Of a DNA stretch of 64,000 bases, positions 12,179 through 25,870 are shown piece by piece. Within the stretch, counting starts at the first letter, position 1. Each line of letters starts with the position of its first letter. The position numbers and the translations under genes are program-made. The DNA comes from Eledone cirrhosa (taxonomy: Eukaryota), in assembly GCA_964016885.1 (NCBI GenBank), contig OZ024742.1, positions 304,172,001 to 304,236,000 on the forward strand, in the 5' to 3' direction. The notes below the pieces were generated by a model. It worked only from the letters and a program-made list of their open reading frames with translations. It was not told where the DNA came from and did not search any database.

Positions 12179-15177
12179 GTAGATTTGAATGTGTGTGTGT
12201 GCTAGTGTGTAACTGTATTTTTAAATGCTTGTAACGAAGGAAGGTGTTGGTATTCTGTGTTACTGTATGAAGAAAAGAATGTAGTAAATTGAAAGAAAAT
12301 CTTTTGATTAATGCGAACTTTGCTGAATCGAATACTTTAATTGGTGTTAAAACACTGCAAAAAAACCAAGACAGCATAGTAATGAAGAAACAATAGAAAA
12401 CAGATTAGGCACGTGACTTAGATAGATGTGATTAACAGTATCTCTAGAACAATTGGTTATTGATTGCATGTTTTTATTGATTTTTCTAACAATAAATATT
12501 TCCACAGCATGTTATAATTATGCAAAATTTAAAGTTAATTTCATAGTTGTTGGTTATTATTTATTTCTATTTACATTTTATAATTTTCAAAGAATTATTA
12601 TTTTGCATAGTTTCTTTTGAAAATGTTCAAATGAAAGAGGATGTTTATATAAGAAAACGATCTCAAAAGAAATATAAACACAAGAAATACAGGAGAAAAT
12701 TTATGGATATAATTTTGAGGATATTTGAAGCTTCAATTTTATATCTTGCTAAGGTGTTCTGCATTTTATATCGCTGCATGAATTTATATCCCTGCTGTAT
12801 TTGTAAAGGCCGTTCAATTTAAACAGAGGAAATACATTCAAGTTTAAAATAGCAAATCACACGTCGCGTGATAGTATGACCCATACAAGATGAACCTCGA
12901 TCTGTTTCAACGATGAGTTTTACAAATATTCAATCAACAGAACAGCCTGCTCATGAATATAATGTACATCTATCTCCTAAGGGAACGTCAGTTTCACCAA
13001 TAAGGGACTACAATATAGGTTTCACGTAATCAATCTGCAGTAAACTTTCTGCTTTCGTTCGATGTATCTTGAGTATCTTTATTGGTGCACTTGACAACAC
13101 CAGAATAGTTGATTCGTACAAATTCATCCTCGAAGCTCCTCCAAATTAGTCTGTATATAAGTACTAACAATTATTTTTCTTCAGATCGTAGCGCCAAACG
13201 GCCCTGTTGTAGCGTAAAGTGTCTCAGACATTTTATGTAATCCAAACACAATTATGATTCCAATCATATCGATATCGCCTCTGAATTTAAACATTGCTAC
13301 GTTAACATTTGGACTCTTAATCATTTCTAACTATTACATATACAGTAACTATCCACATGCAAACTAGAATTATACGTTTCTCTGAGTATGGACTTCGAAA
13401 ACATCTTTCAATAAAGATATAACAACCCAGTTTGTATCAACACCACCAACATATAAACTGTAAGTGAATTAGGAAGTTATATATTCATAATATAGGCAAC
13501 TGACATTCACGCATTCTGTTTCTGTACTGATCCAGCATTTAGCTTCTATAAATTATTGGATAACGGAGCCTTTTTTTTTTTACATACTTTACTTTTTCTT
13601 TTTATATACCTCGCTCGTATTTTATTTCTCAATTATAAGGTTATTAGATACCGCTCCATGAATTTCATTGCTTACTAGTTGTATACAGACATTTAAATTT
13701 AGTAAATATATGAGTAAGTAATAAATAGATCTAAGGAATATATATCAAATATTAGTAGTAGACTTCTCAAAATCAAATGAGAACAGTTGAACAGGTAACA
13801 GCAGTGGAATTCTACCTTAGAATCTAAGCCCATTAAAATGGTCTATGTATATGTATGAATTATATGTCCTCAGAAATGTTCAAAGAAAAATAACCATATT
13901 AAATTTCGTCTTTCTTATTGACTTTTCTACAATTTATTCTTTATCTAGAACCATAACTGTTATTAAATATTAAATTTAATACATATAACTACTCATGGTA
14001 TCATGGACGGACGTATGACTCACGATGTGTCTAGAACATTAAAAAACATAGCGTATATTTCGAGTGATTGTGATGCTGGATAACATCGAGCCGATATTGA
14101 AATGGTAAATCATTTATTGACTTCGAAGGCTGGAAAGCAAACATGATCTTAATGGGATTTGAAATCTGAACGCAGAGAACTGTAACGAATAACGCCAAGT
14201 ATTCTAGCCAACATACTAATGATCCTGCTAATTTGCCAGCTTTTTTAATTGTAAATACCATAAAACAATATAGCTACATAAATATATATAATCAATAAAA
14301 GACAATGTTTGTTGTTAATATATCTTGAATAATTTTCCCCTTTAACACATTGGATGTGGTGTATGCAACACTGTGTTGGCTAATCGTACTTCATCACATT
14401 TACAAGTTGAAAACAATATATTATGCCAAAGGTGTGGAGCTTTCTTAAGGCATTTTAATTCTAATAAAAATCTTTTATCTGTTTCTTAATATTTATTTAT
14501 ACAACATTTCTAGCCAAACCGTTGACAGGAACTATTATTACTGGAGGTAGTATGACTGCAATTTATAGATCCCAGTTTCGATTCCAAGGCGTGGCATCGT
14601 GGCTAATTTTCATTTATATTAATCTAAGTTCAATGCATTTTTGTGATTAACAATGGATAGATGAAAACTGCTTGGAAGCTCCTTGGATGGACTGTACATA
14701 TAAGGACCATCCGTGAACATTATGAATATTCAGACATATAAAATTTAATTATTTTTGTACCGTTAATTGAACAAACAGAACACACATCTTCGAAACTGAC
14801 GGAAGTCCATTGATTATTGGTAAAATGGAATTTGATTTACACATCTCAGCCGTTAAAGACAAATAATCTTTTGGAATTGGAAGAAAACATTCTAACTGTG
14901 ATGATACCATATTATTCAATGCACTTCGGATATGATGGATTCACAGAGAACTAAAACATATTGTGTTTGATACACTTATAGAATGTAAAGGAACCCAAGT
15001 AGAAATAAAATGATAAAAATTACTGTTTCCTTTATAATGTTTTTTTTATTTAAATTTCAGGTTTCCATCACTCTAATTGAAGATTGAGAAAGATAAAGTT
15101 GAGGATAGGAAGGTAAAAATATTCTACCAGCCTCTGTTTTCTCACTTTTACTCTTCCTTTATATACTACACATACAA

Positions 15178-15208
<31 letters not shown>

Positions 15209-15467
15209 TGTATGTATGTATGTATGTATGTATGTATGTATGTATGTATGTATGTATGTATGTATGTATGCATGTATGTATGTACGCATGTATGTATATA
15301 TGTATGTATGATGTAGGAATGTATGTATGTATGAATGTATGAATGTGTGTAATATGTATATATATATATATATATATATAAATATAAACAGAGGGAGAGA
15401 GAGGCGAGATAGGTAATTTTATATATATATATATGTATACATACATATATATATAAATATATATATG

Positions 15468-15509
<42 letters not shown>

Positions 15510-15878
15510 CATACAAACATTTGTGTATATGTGACAAAATTATAAACAGGCATTCAGACACAAACTCGATGGCATTTTGCACTAATGCACTTTCCTGTCT
15601 CCTTATCACTCTCTCATTAATTTCTCTCTTTCTCACTCTCTTGCAAACATACACACACAAACGCACACAAACATACGTACGCACGCATACAGATATGCAC
15701 GCAGACATATACACACACCTATATGTACAGCGTAACAGAGGAACAACTTGTATAATTAAAAAACTAAATGCAAGAAATGGTAGTGCAACTTTCTTTACTC
15801 TGAAATGTTACATTTTTCTAAATTTATACTTTGTTCTCTCCTCTTGTAAATTCTTTGTTTTATTGGTGTTAAATGTTC

Positions 15879-16009
<131 letters not shown>

Positions 16010-16016
16010 GTATATG

Positions 16017-16139
<123 letters not shown>

Positions 16140-16409
16140 TACGTTTTCTCCCTCACGTCATTCGATACAATGGTTTCTCCTGCTGTTATTTCTTTTATAT
16201 TTAATCAGACACACTCCTTTAATTTAAACGGAGAAATTTCCCACAATGCAGTCGTGGTTTTTATTTACTGGAATTGTACTTATTTGCACTGCTCTGTAGC
16301 GCCCCGCTGGTTACCTTCTGTACACGTATTTAAACACACACAAACACATACACTACACAAACACACATATGTTTGTTTGTGTAGTGTATTTGTGGTGCTA
16401 AATACATAG

Positions 16410-16456
<47 letters not shown>

Positions 16457-16481
16457 GTGTGTATGTGTGTGGGTGTATAAA

Positions 16482-16518
<37 letters not shown>

Positions 16519-16781
16519 TAAATTACCGAGAATCGTATTTCGGCTATTGGAAATTAGCGAAAAACAAGTGGGTGTATATATATGTTTGTATTATATATTA
16601 TGTAAGGATACATATTTACACACACGAAGCCAAACGCACGAAACACATATGCATATATGTATGTATATATATTTATATATATATATATAACGAAGGAAAT
16701 GTGGTAAGGAACCAGGTGGGCCATAACGCACCAAAGTACTCAATACTTGAGGTAGTAGAGTGGGTAATAGGAACCAGTAAG

Positions 16782-16875
16782 ACCCCGACAGCTGAGCTCA
16801 AGCCGTTTCGACGGCTAATTCTGGACTAAATGAAAATTTATCCTGGTATTTAAATAGCCGATCTTCTCAAGGGGT
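16782..16875 (-). ncRNA. Type I hammerhead ribozyme, U3-A8 core variant
   Basis: Minus strand: acccc-TTGAGAA-gatcggcta...tagccgtc-GAAA-cggc ttgagctca gctg-TC-ggggt. Confidence 0.75.
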
Positions 16876-17747
16876 AATTCCATATATGGTCAAAGTGATT
16901 GTCAAAAATCAGTAGTAATTCTGTGGTTGCAAATTAGTAGGGGAGATGGTGGCTAAACCTGCCAGTAGGAGAAAGAGGGGAGGGGGGTGGAGTAGACCCA
17001 ATCAAGCGTTGGTAGTGCCAGCTACAGCTGGGCATGAGGTCAAAGAAGATACAGGGGAGGGGGAGGGGGAGGAAGTCGGAACGGTAGGTAGAACAATGGG
17101 GGGTAGAAATATATAGGAAAGAAAAAATACTGAGAGTGAAGAAAAGCAAATAAGTGTAAAGAAAAAAGTAAAGTAAATTCTACGACCTAGGTCTCTAGCT
17201 ATTGTTAGGCTAGAATAAATAAATAAAGAAAGTTTATTATTTAGTATTTTAGTATTTTGGCCCCTTTTGTTGACACGTCACCGTATCATTTACATACTTA
17301 TACCTCTTAAAAGGGTCCTTGCCTATTTCGTCCCACCTAGTTCTTTTACTTATCTCGTTATTTCTTTATTTCTTTCTTTACTTCTTTCTTTCTTTCTTTA
17401 TTTATTTATTCTAGCCTAACAATAGCTAGAGACCTAGGTCGTAGAATTTACTTTACTTTTTTCTTTACACTTATTTGCTTTTCTTCACTCTCAGTATTTT
17501 TTCTTTCCTATATATTTCTACCCCCCATTGTTCTACCTACCGTTCCGACTTCCTCCCCCTCCCTCTCCCCTGTATCTTCTTTGACCTCATGCCCAGCTGT
17601 AGCTGGCACTACCAACGCTTGATTGGGTCTACTCCACCCCCTCCCCTCTTTCTCCTACTGGCAGGTTTAGCCACCATCTCCCCTACTAATTTGCAACCAC
17701 AGAATTACTACTGATTTTTGACAATCACTTTGACCATATATGGAATT

Positions 17748-17841
17748 ACCCCTTGAGAAGATTGGCTATTTAAATACCAGGATAAATTTTCATTTAGTCC
17801 AGAATTAGCCGTCGAAACGGCTTGAGCTCAGCTGTCGGGGT
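17748..17841 (+). ncRNA. Type I hammerhead ribozyme, U3-A8 core variant
   Basis: acccc-TTGAGAA-gattggcta...tagccgtc-GAAA-cggc ttgagctca gctg-TC-ggggt; predicted cleavage after GTC at 17836. Confidence 0.75.
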
Positions 17842-17851
17842 CTTACTGGTT

Positions 17852-17919
<68 letters not shown>

Positions 17920-18001
17920 CATGTATTACACGGCTCAGAAATATTCTTTTCTTTGAGCTATTTCATTGTAAAGGAATGCTTGAGTTCTGAACTCAATACA
18001 C

Positions 18002-18072
<71 letters not shown>

Positions 18073-18330
18073 ATATATAAATATATATACATACAGACAT
18101 ATGTGTTTTGTGCGTTTGGCTTCGTGTGTGTAAATATGTATCCTTACATAATATATAATAGAACATATATATATTTACACCCACTCGCATATCCACCCAT
18201 CGATCTATCCTTTCATTGGTTCATACATATATAAACACGTCAACGAAATTGTTCTTTTCCTTAATTTTGTCAGTTAAATTCTTTATTGAGATAGGGATCT
18301 CGTCATTACAATATGATTTTATTATTATTA

Positions 18331-19195
18331 CGGTGGATTGGCAGTATTGGTAGAGAGTCGGACACCATGCTTTGAAGCATAGAGTTACGTCCCTTACACT
18401 GGGATAACTGCTAGACTTGTGCCAAAAGTAGAAACAATTATTATGGTAGTATCGGTAGAGGGTTGGACGCCATGCTTTCTAGCATAGTTACGTCCCTTTA
18501 CAGTCTGAGTTCAAATCCCGCCGAAGTTAACTTTGCCTTTCTTCCTTACGGGGTCGATAAAATAAAGTACCAGTAATGTACTGGGTAATTGCTGGCCTTG
18601 TGCCTAAAGTAGAAACAATTATTACTATTGTTATTATTGTTGGCAATATCGGCAGAGCGACAGACATCACGCATTGTAGCATAGAGTTATGGCCCATTAC
18701 GTTCTGAGTTGAAATCACGCCGAGGTTAACTTTGCCTTTCATCCTTACGGGGTCGATAAAATAAAGCATCAGTCACGCACTGGGGTTGATTTAATCGACT
18801 CCCCCCCCCCATTTTGATGGCCTTGTGCCTATACTAGGAATCATTATTATGATTATTGGCAGTGTCGGTCGACCGTAAGACACCGTGTTTTGTAGCAGAG
18901 AGTTATGGCACTTTACGTTATGAATTCAAATCACGCTGAGGTTAGCCTTGACTTTCATCCTTACCGGGTCGATAAAATAAAGCACCAGTAATGTACTGGA
19001 ATCGATTTAATCGAGTTTCTGGCCTTGTTCCTAAATCAGAAACCATTATTTTATAATTATTATTGGTACCATCGGTTGAGCGTTGGGCAATATGCTTTGT
19101 GCTTATATTGACGGTCCTTTACGTTCTGAGTTCAAATTTCGTAGAGGTTACATTTGCCTTTAATTGTTATGGAGTCGATAAAATAAGTTTCAGCT
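18331..19195 (+). mobile_element. Tandem cluster of five Meta-domain SINE copies
   Basis: Repeated A/B boxes and Meta core, separated by (att)n tails. Confidence 0.85.
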
Positions 19196-19559
19196 TTTTC
19201 TAGATTTCTGACTAACTCTACCTCTAGTCTAGCTTTCTGTATTGCTACTCCTTTTCAGAACAAATTACCATTTGTTGATGACCATTGACCCCTTTAACGC
19301 CCACTTAACCAATTCATTAATCCGTTCTATGTAGGTTGTGCGCGCCGGAAACGAAGTTTTCAGCTTGTATTTACCGGATTCCTGTCTAGGAACCTATATA
19401 TGTCGACTGTACAGTGAGTTTCGGACACGGAAATGGACTGTAGCAAACATCTAATAACGGTTATTGAATTACAGGAGGTGATGACTAATGGCACGAGGGG
19501 TTAATAACCTGGTTTGTGTAGTCTGCTTTACAAGCTTTATGCTTACATGCAAGGCTTAT

Positions 19560-20050
19560 TTGGTGACCTCTTCGCACACGACTAAAATTATTAGATCTGT
19601 GAGCAAAATTCGTCCACTTCCCTCCATATTGACTCTTGAGCCAAGGCTACACAAATTGGGGCCGTTGAGAGACGTTCCACGCGAGCCCTGATGTGGAGGT
19701 CCGTGCGAGCATATTCCGCCGGACGTGACAGCAGTAGTGTCGGGCACCAAACACATTGAGATGATAGAAATCTCTCTCAGATATTACGAAGCGGAAACAG
19801 GAGCAACAGTTAACCAGGAATATTCGGTGGGCCTGCAGAGCGGCACCTGCAGTGGAATCTCCATGCCCTCCAAAAGCGTCGTTGATTGCTGGGCGGACGG
19901 ACAGTTTAAACTGCTTGGGGACTGATTTGATTCAGACCTCTATACCTGGGGAAATCTATACCTGGAAATTAGGGAAGAGTTTGTCACCGTACAGTTGATG
20001 CATTTTTATCGAGCTCGTCTCCTTGACGAAGCTGCATGCCTGGGTCCAGC
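19560..20050 (+). pseudogene. Highly decayed L1/Tx1-type RT fragment
   Basis: IIRSVSKIRPLPSILTLEPRLHKLG and YYEAETGATVNQEYSVGL...WADGQFKLLG resemble RSVRQGCPLSPLLY.LALEP and YE..TGAKIN.EKSVGL...KLLGVWF motifs. Confidence 0.5.
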
Positions 20051-20599
20051 GATATTCGAGAGAGAGCGCTTGGAAATTAGAACCACGCCAAGACCTCACA
20101 ACCCTCTGCTAATCAGACATTACAATCAGTGTTGATTCAATCTCGGTTTTCTCTAGAGAGTTAGTGGCAGATAAAAGCGATGACGTTATTGCAGAAACTC
20201 TGTGCATCGATGAAATTCAACAAGCCCCGCTTTTCCGGAGGAATTTTCATCCAGGGTTGAAAGATATCTTCTAGAAGTCCCTGATACGGCAATGTTACCG
20301 GGAAGCATAGCCATTTTGAAATATACTCTACAGCACTGGAAGTACCATCATCTGGATCTACCCGAAATGGCGAGGAAAGCTTCCTGCATGCACTCATCGA
20401 GTAACCAAGTATTGTTGACATGTAGGTTTATACCAAAGTTTCCTGTCAGGTGAAGGACGAATCTGATGGTGATATTATTTTTTGCCAGTTAATTTAGGGA
20501 ATACTGGAAGAAAAACTACCTTTGCCTGCATCCCAAGTTTTTCTATCCTTTTTTCAAATTTCTTGGTCACACAACCAAGAACAACTATCATTATTGGCA

Positions 20600-21497
20600 G
20601 GACCTGTCAGTCGTGGATGTTCATACATCCTGACCTGCATTGATCGTTTCACCCGATGGCCTGAAGCCATTCCTCTTAGTGACATAACTGCTGAATCGGT
20701 TGCGCGAGCCCTGGTTTCAGGATGGATATCGCGCTACGGAGTTACTACAACTATTACTACAGACCGTGGTAGGCAGTTTGAATCTCAACTTTTCACGGAT
20801 CAATCAAATGTCATCGGCGCTCAACGCATCAGGACTACCAGTTACCATCCTGCATCTAATGGAATGGTGGAGCATTTCATCGCCAGTTAAATACCGCATT
20901 GCGTGCCTATCAGGATACTCTACATTGGAGCGAATACCTCCCCATAGTACTACTCGTTATCCGCACCTCAGTTTAGGAGAACTTTGGATTCTCTCCAGCC
21001 GATCTTTTGTACGGCACTCTTTTGTCTTTGCCAGGGCAGATGCTTGCCCCCATCGATCTTTCTACTCAGGACCCTTCACTCTATGTGAACGTTTGCGTTC
21101 GTATTTTCAAGTCCTGCCTCCTATGAACACTAAATCTTCGGTTCCGAGGGACATTGCCTCGAGTACCCATATTTTTGTCAGAAATGATCAGTGAGAAGTC
21201 CTCGCACTCCACCTTACTCTGGAACCTATCGCGTACTAGCACGTACAGACAAACATTTCACAATTGACTTTAATGGACAAAGAGACACAGTCTCTATTAA
21301 CAGACTAAAGCTGGCCTACACAGATGCTCTCACACCAGAGCTTCATACTCCCCTCCTATAATGTGTCAATACAAACGCCACCGCAAGCACCACAATTTCA
21401 GACACACACTCCTTTACCTTCAACATACATCAGGACAACTCGTAGTGGTCGTCGTGTTCATTGGCCCAAGAAACTTTCTAAAACAATTTACATATGA
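20600..21497 (+). pseudogene. Gypsy/Ty3 LTR retrotransposon integrase remnant
   Basis: YILTCIDRFTRWPEAIPL...ITTDRGRQFES...RTTSYHPASNGMVE (D-D-E core) and a downstream GPY/F-like segment (PPYSGTYRVL...VSINRLK); frameshifted. Confidence 0.9.
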
Positions 21498-21508
21498 ACT
21501 ATCCCTGA

Positions 21509-21698
21509 CGGTGGATTGGCAGTATCGGTAGAGGGTCGGACGCCATGCTTTGTCGCATAGAGTAACGGCCCTTTTCATTCTGAGTTCAAATCCCGCTGAG
21601 GTTAACTTTGCCTTTAATCCTTACGGGATCGATAAAATAAAGTACCAGTAATGCACTGTGTAATTGCTGGCTTTGTGCCAAAAATTGAAACAATTATT
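21509..21698 (+). mobile_element. Meta-domain SINE
   Basis: Full A/B box, Meta core and tail. Confidence 0.85.
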
Positions 21699-22236
21699 GG
21701 CATGACCTCAACCTTTCTTATGTCCCATATTCTTTGGGCTTCTACTATAACGTCCTGGAAGATGAGGATGGTAAGAGAAATACTGCATCCCATCCCCTCA
21801 GTACATTTGTGTAAATGTTGCGAGGAAGCCAGTGTGAATGGGCCTACACTGACCATGCACCTATAAGCTGGCTGATTTGGAGAGGAGAGGGGTTCCTTCA
21901 TCGGGTGCTCTTAGCGTCAGGTAGTTCAGGATTGGTGGGATTCCAGAGTCACCCCAGGGTGGTCCTTCCAACTGAACAACAATCTATGGCAAATTACTAA
22001 ATACATGTACCAAGGTTAAAATGAATATTATTTCTTTCATGAAATGTATTAACTTAGCAGGAGTAGTTATTTATAGTTTACTACAAATTCTACTCAGGAA
22101 TTCTCAGAAATTCTTAGAGATGTAAAAATAATTAATTCAAAGTATTTGCGGGAGCGTATGTCAATTTCTCTCTCTATATATATATATACCCCAGCATGGC
22201 CTCAGCCGGATGGCTGGAACAGGTAAAGAAATAAAA

Positions 22237-22321
<85 letters not shown>

Positions 22322-22529
22322 TTCCTATATATAAGTGGAAGGGATATTTAATTTGTTGGAAATTCAACAAATATAAATGTTTATAACTGATTCAGAGCAC
22401 TCGACAGATTTTTGGAGTAAATATTCAATGATATTAAATAAATGGAAACTATATTTATAAAACTATATTTATTCTATTATATATATTTCAAGGGTACCAA
22501 AACTTTGGTACGCTTTCATCAGATAAAAT

Positions 22530-23470
22530 ACAAAGAGTGTTTTATACATGTTGATGAGAATCTAAATTACGTAAGTTTTAACTCTAATCATCTTAGATCT
22601 ATTGTCAATAGTGTCCAACAACAAATTTCACGGATCTCTACTAATAAAAATATTTTTGATGATAAGGCTGAATAGTATAATGAAGCTTTAAATAGAGCAG
22701 GGTATTCGAATAAAATTAAATACATTGACAACAATAACATGGCAAATCACCCTAGTATTAATTATAATAATAATAAACAATTTGGTACTCACCCCATTCT
22801 CATTAAGCGGTAAAACACCTTTAGCAAAACTATTCTTTAAAGCACTAGACAAATGTTTTCCTAAAGCCCACAGATACCACTCAATCTTTAACAGACATAC
22901 TATAAAACTATCTTACTCTAATACTATGAACATAACACAAAATATAAATAGAATTAATAATAGAAACTTAAATTTAAACCCTAACCAAAATAACCATAAT
23001 AGCAATAATAATATTTCTAGCAATATCCAACATAATAGTACCGTTCCGAGCAACAACAACTCCGTAAAATGTAACTGTAGAATGAAATCAAACTGCCCTT
23101 TACAAAATAAGTGTTTAGATAAAAACGTTCTATAAATGCACAGTTAAAACTAGTGATAATATATTTAACTATGTTGGTGCCACTTCTACAAAATTTAAAG
23201 ATCGCTGAAATAACCACAATCATTCTTTCAGAAGATCTGATAAAAAATCTCCTACTTCTCATTCACATCTCATATGGAACATAAAAAGCAAGAATATAGA
23301 CTATTCAATATCTGCGTACCGAAATATGGCTTTATCAAAATTCTGTAAATTGCGTATTGAAGAAATTTTTTATATAATTAACTGTCAAAACTCTATTAAT
23401 CTCAGAACAGAATTATTTAATTCTTGCAGACATCGCCAAAATTCTACATTCAGAACTATGTGTAATTTAT
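22530..23470 (+). pseudogene. Penelope-like element C-terminal half: RT thumb/linker and GIY-YIG endonuclease
   Basis: SNH...ISRISTN...YNEALNRAGY; PFSLSGKTPLAKLFFKALDKCFPKAHRYHSIFNRHTIKLSYS; CNCRMKSNCPLQNKCL; (VL)YKC...YVGATSTKFKDR; RTELFNSCRH; stops and frameshifts present. Confidence 0.85.
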
Positions 23471-23771
23471 AATATTCCTATAAATCTTCAAAATAATCCT
23501 ATCTTTTTTAACAATTTATATTTTTAATATATTAATATCTCTAAATCATAATATCTCTATTATTTGTAGTACTTTCACCTTTCAGCAAACATTTTTTATA
23601 ATATATATATATAATATATATATATATAATATATATATATAAAATACGACTGTGAATAAAAGCGGCCGAAATGGTGGTAGCTCGGAGTTGAGCCAGTCGC
23701 TCCAGGTAAAGCCGGTACTTCTCCAAATTGAGAGATCATAGCTCCGGTACTATGGACATGTAGTTATAATG

Positions 23772-23802
<31 letters not shown>

Positions 23803-23900
23803 GCATGCCGTTCACACCAACGTTTCATTACATATACATATGTGGGTGTTTCAGTGCACGTGTGTGTTTAATATATTTACATAATAACACGTTTACAACG

Positions 23901-23934
<34 letters not shown>

Positions 23935-23951
23935 ATGTATGTATGTATGTA

Positions 23952-24039
<88 letters not shown>

Positions 24040-24075
24040 TAATATATTTGTGTATATATATATAATATATTTGTA

Positions 24076-24119
<44 letters not shown>

Positions 24120-24161
24120 CATATTAAAATAGCAGATTAAAGTTTTCACATTTATTATTAT

Positions 24162-24311
<150 letters not shown>

Positions 24312-25015
24312 TGAGAGAGAGATACAGGTATATATATATATATAGTCATATATCTCTCTCTATACATAAACAAATAACGAGTGATTGAATCTCTCGAATC
24401 TCCAATGACACAGTTCTTTGTTAAGTTCTACATTACTCATTACCTCGTTTAATCCTATAAACAGACATATATACGTGGTGACACTTCAACACTGCACACT
24501 GATTCGATTTTCTCTTTAACAATAAGAATGTAATTACAACCATTCTGTTTTAGTCGAATAACTTCTTACGCTGAATCGAATCGGAGACGAACGGGTTTGA
24601 TCTCTCAGAAGCTATTGAAATAAGACAATTGAAAATTAAATTTCTTTCCAAAAGGGTTTCCAGAAATTTAATCAACAGAGAAAATGTTATTTGTGGTTTA
24701 AATGAAGAGGCGTGATATTTCGAAAAGAATCAAAACATTACATCTGTATGATGAGCCAAATATCAATAAATGTGTATGTGTGTACTTATGTGTGTGTGTG
24801 CGTGTGTGTGTAGGGGGAGAGGTTGTGTGTGTGGGGGGTGTCTGTATATGCATGTGTCTGTGTCTGTGACTGTGTAGATGTACGAATATATATATATATA
24901 TATGTACATCATTGTACGACGCGCGCATACACACAGGGACTCATTCAAACTGTCACTCTCTCTCTCACTCACACAGACGGTCACATATGTATATGTATAT
25001 ATATATATATGTATA

Positions 25016-25155
<140 letters not shown>

Positions 25156-25238
25156 ATAAATATATATATATACATTCACACACATATATATATATATATA
25201 TACATATATATATGTATATATATGTGTGTATATATATT

Positions 25239-25304
<66 letters not shown>

Positions 25305-25809
25305 CATATTTCCATATATATATATTTATATATATATATTTATTCATATATACACACTTGTACAAATGTAAATATATATGCATAGATAGGCAAATAAAGC
25401 TGGATTGTACATACATAGGCACACTCACACGCGCAGACACACATACACACACACATACACACATACACACACATACGCATACATATATATATATATATAT
25501 ATATATAGTATATATGTTAGTATGTAAACGATATTATGCATATACAAATCGCACATATACGATTCCAAATACACTTGTTCATATTGACATAGGAATGTGG
25601 AGAGATGGTATACACATATGCAATAGCTGGACATATATATTGAGATACAAACATTGAAGTTTATATATATTCAGATATATCTAAGGCACTGTTAGGTATG
25701 ATTGCATTGGAAATGTTTACATGCACATAAAATCTCTTTCTCTCATTCATTCACTCATTCTACATATTTATTAGCTCATATGGGTTTCTTATCATGAATA
25801 TATATGTAT

Positions 25810-25870
<61 letters not shown>

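Larger units (their letters stand above)
16689..17856. mobile_element. Family A insertion in (TA)n: ~465-bp inverted arms, one HHR per arm, ~80-bp tail on the left
   Basis: 16767-17232 is the reverse complement of ~17392-17856 (identical 71-aa spurious ORFs on both strands); tail 16689-16766; flanked by (TA)n. Confidence 0.9.

Noticed and set aside
15061-15112. Good splice acceptor and donor flanking 52 bp
   Set aside because: Stops in all three frames and no partner exons; cannot support without transcripts
19561-19575. tggtgacc as a possible primer-binding site for the Gypsy remnant
   Set aside because: Short match, no LTR identified, and the downstream sequence looks Tx1-like
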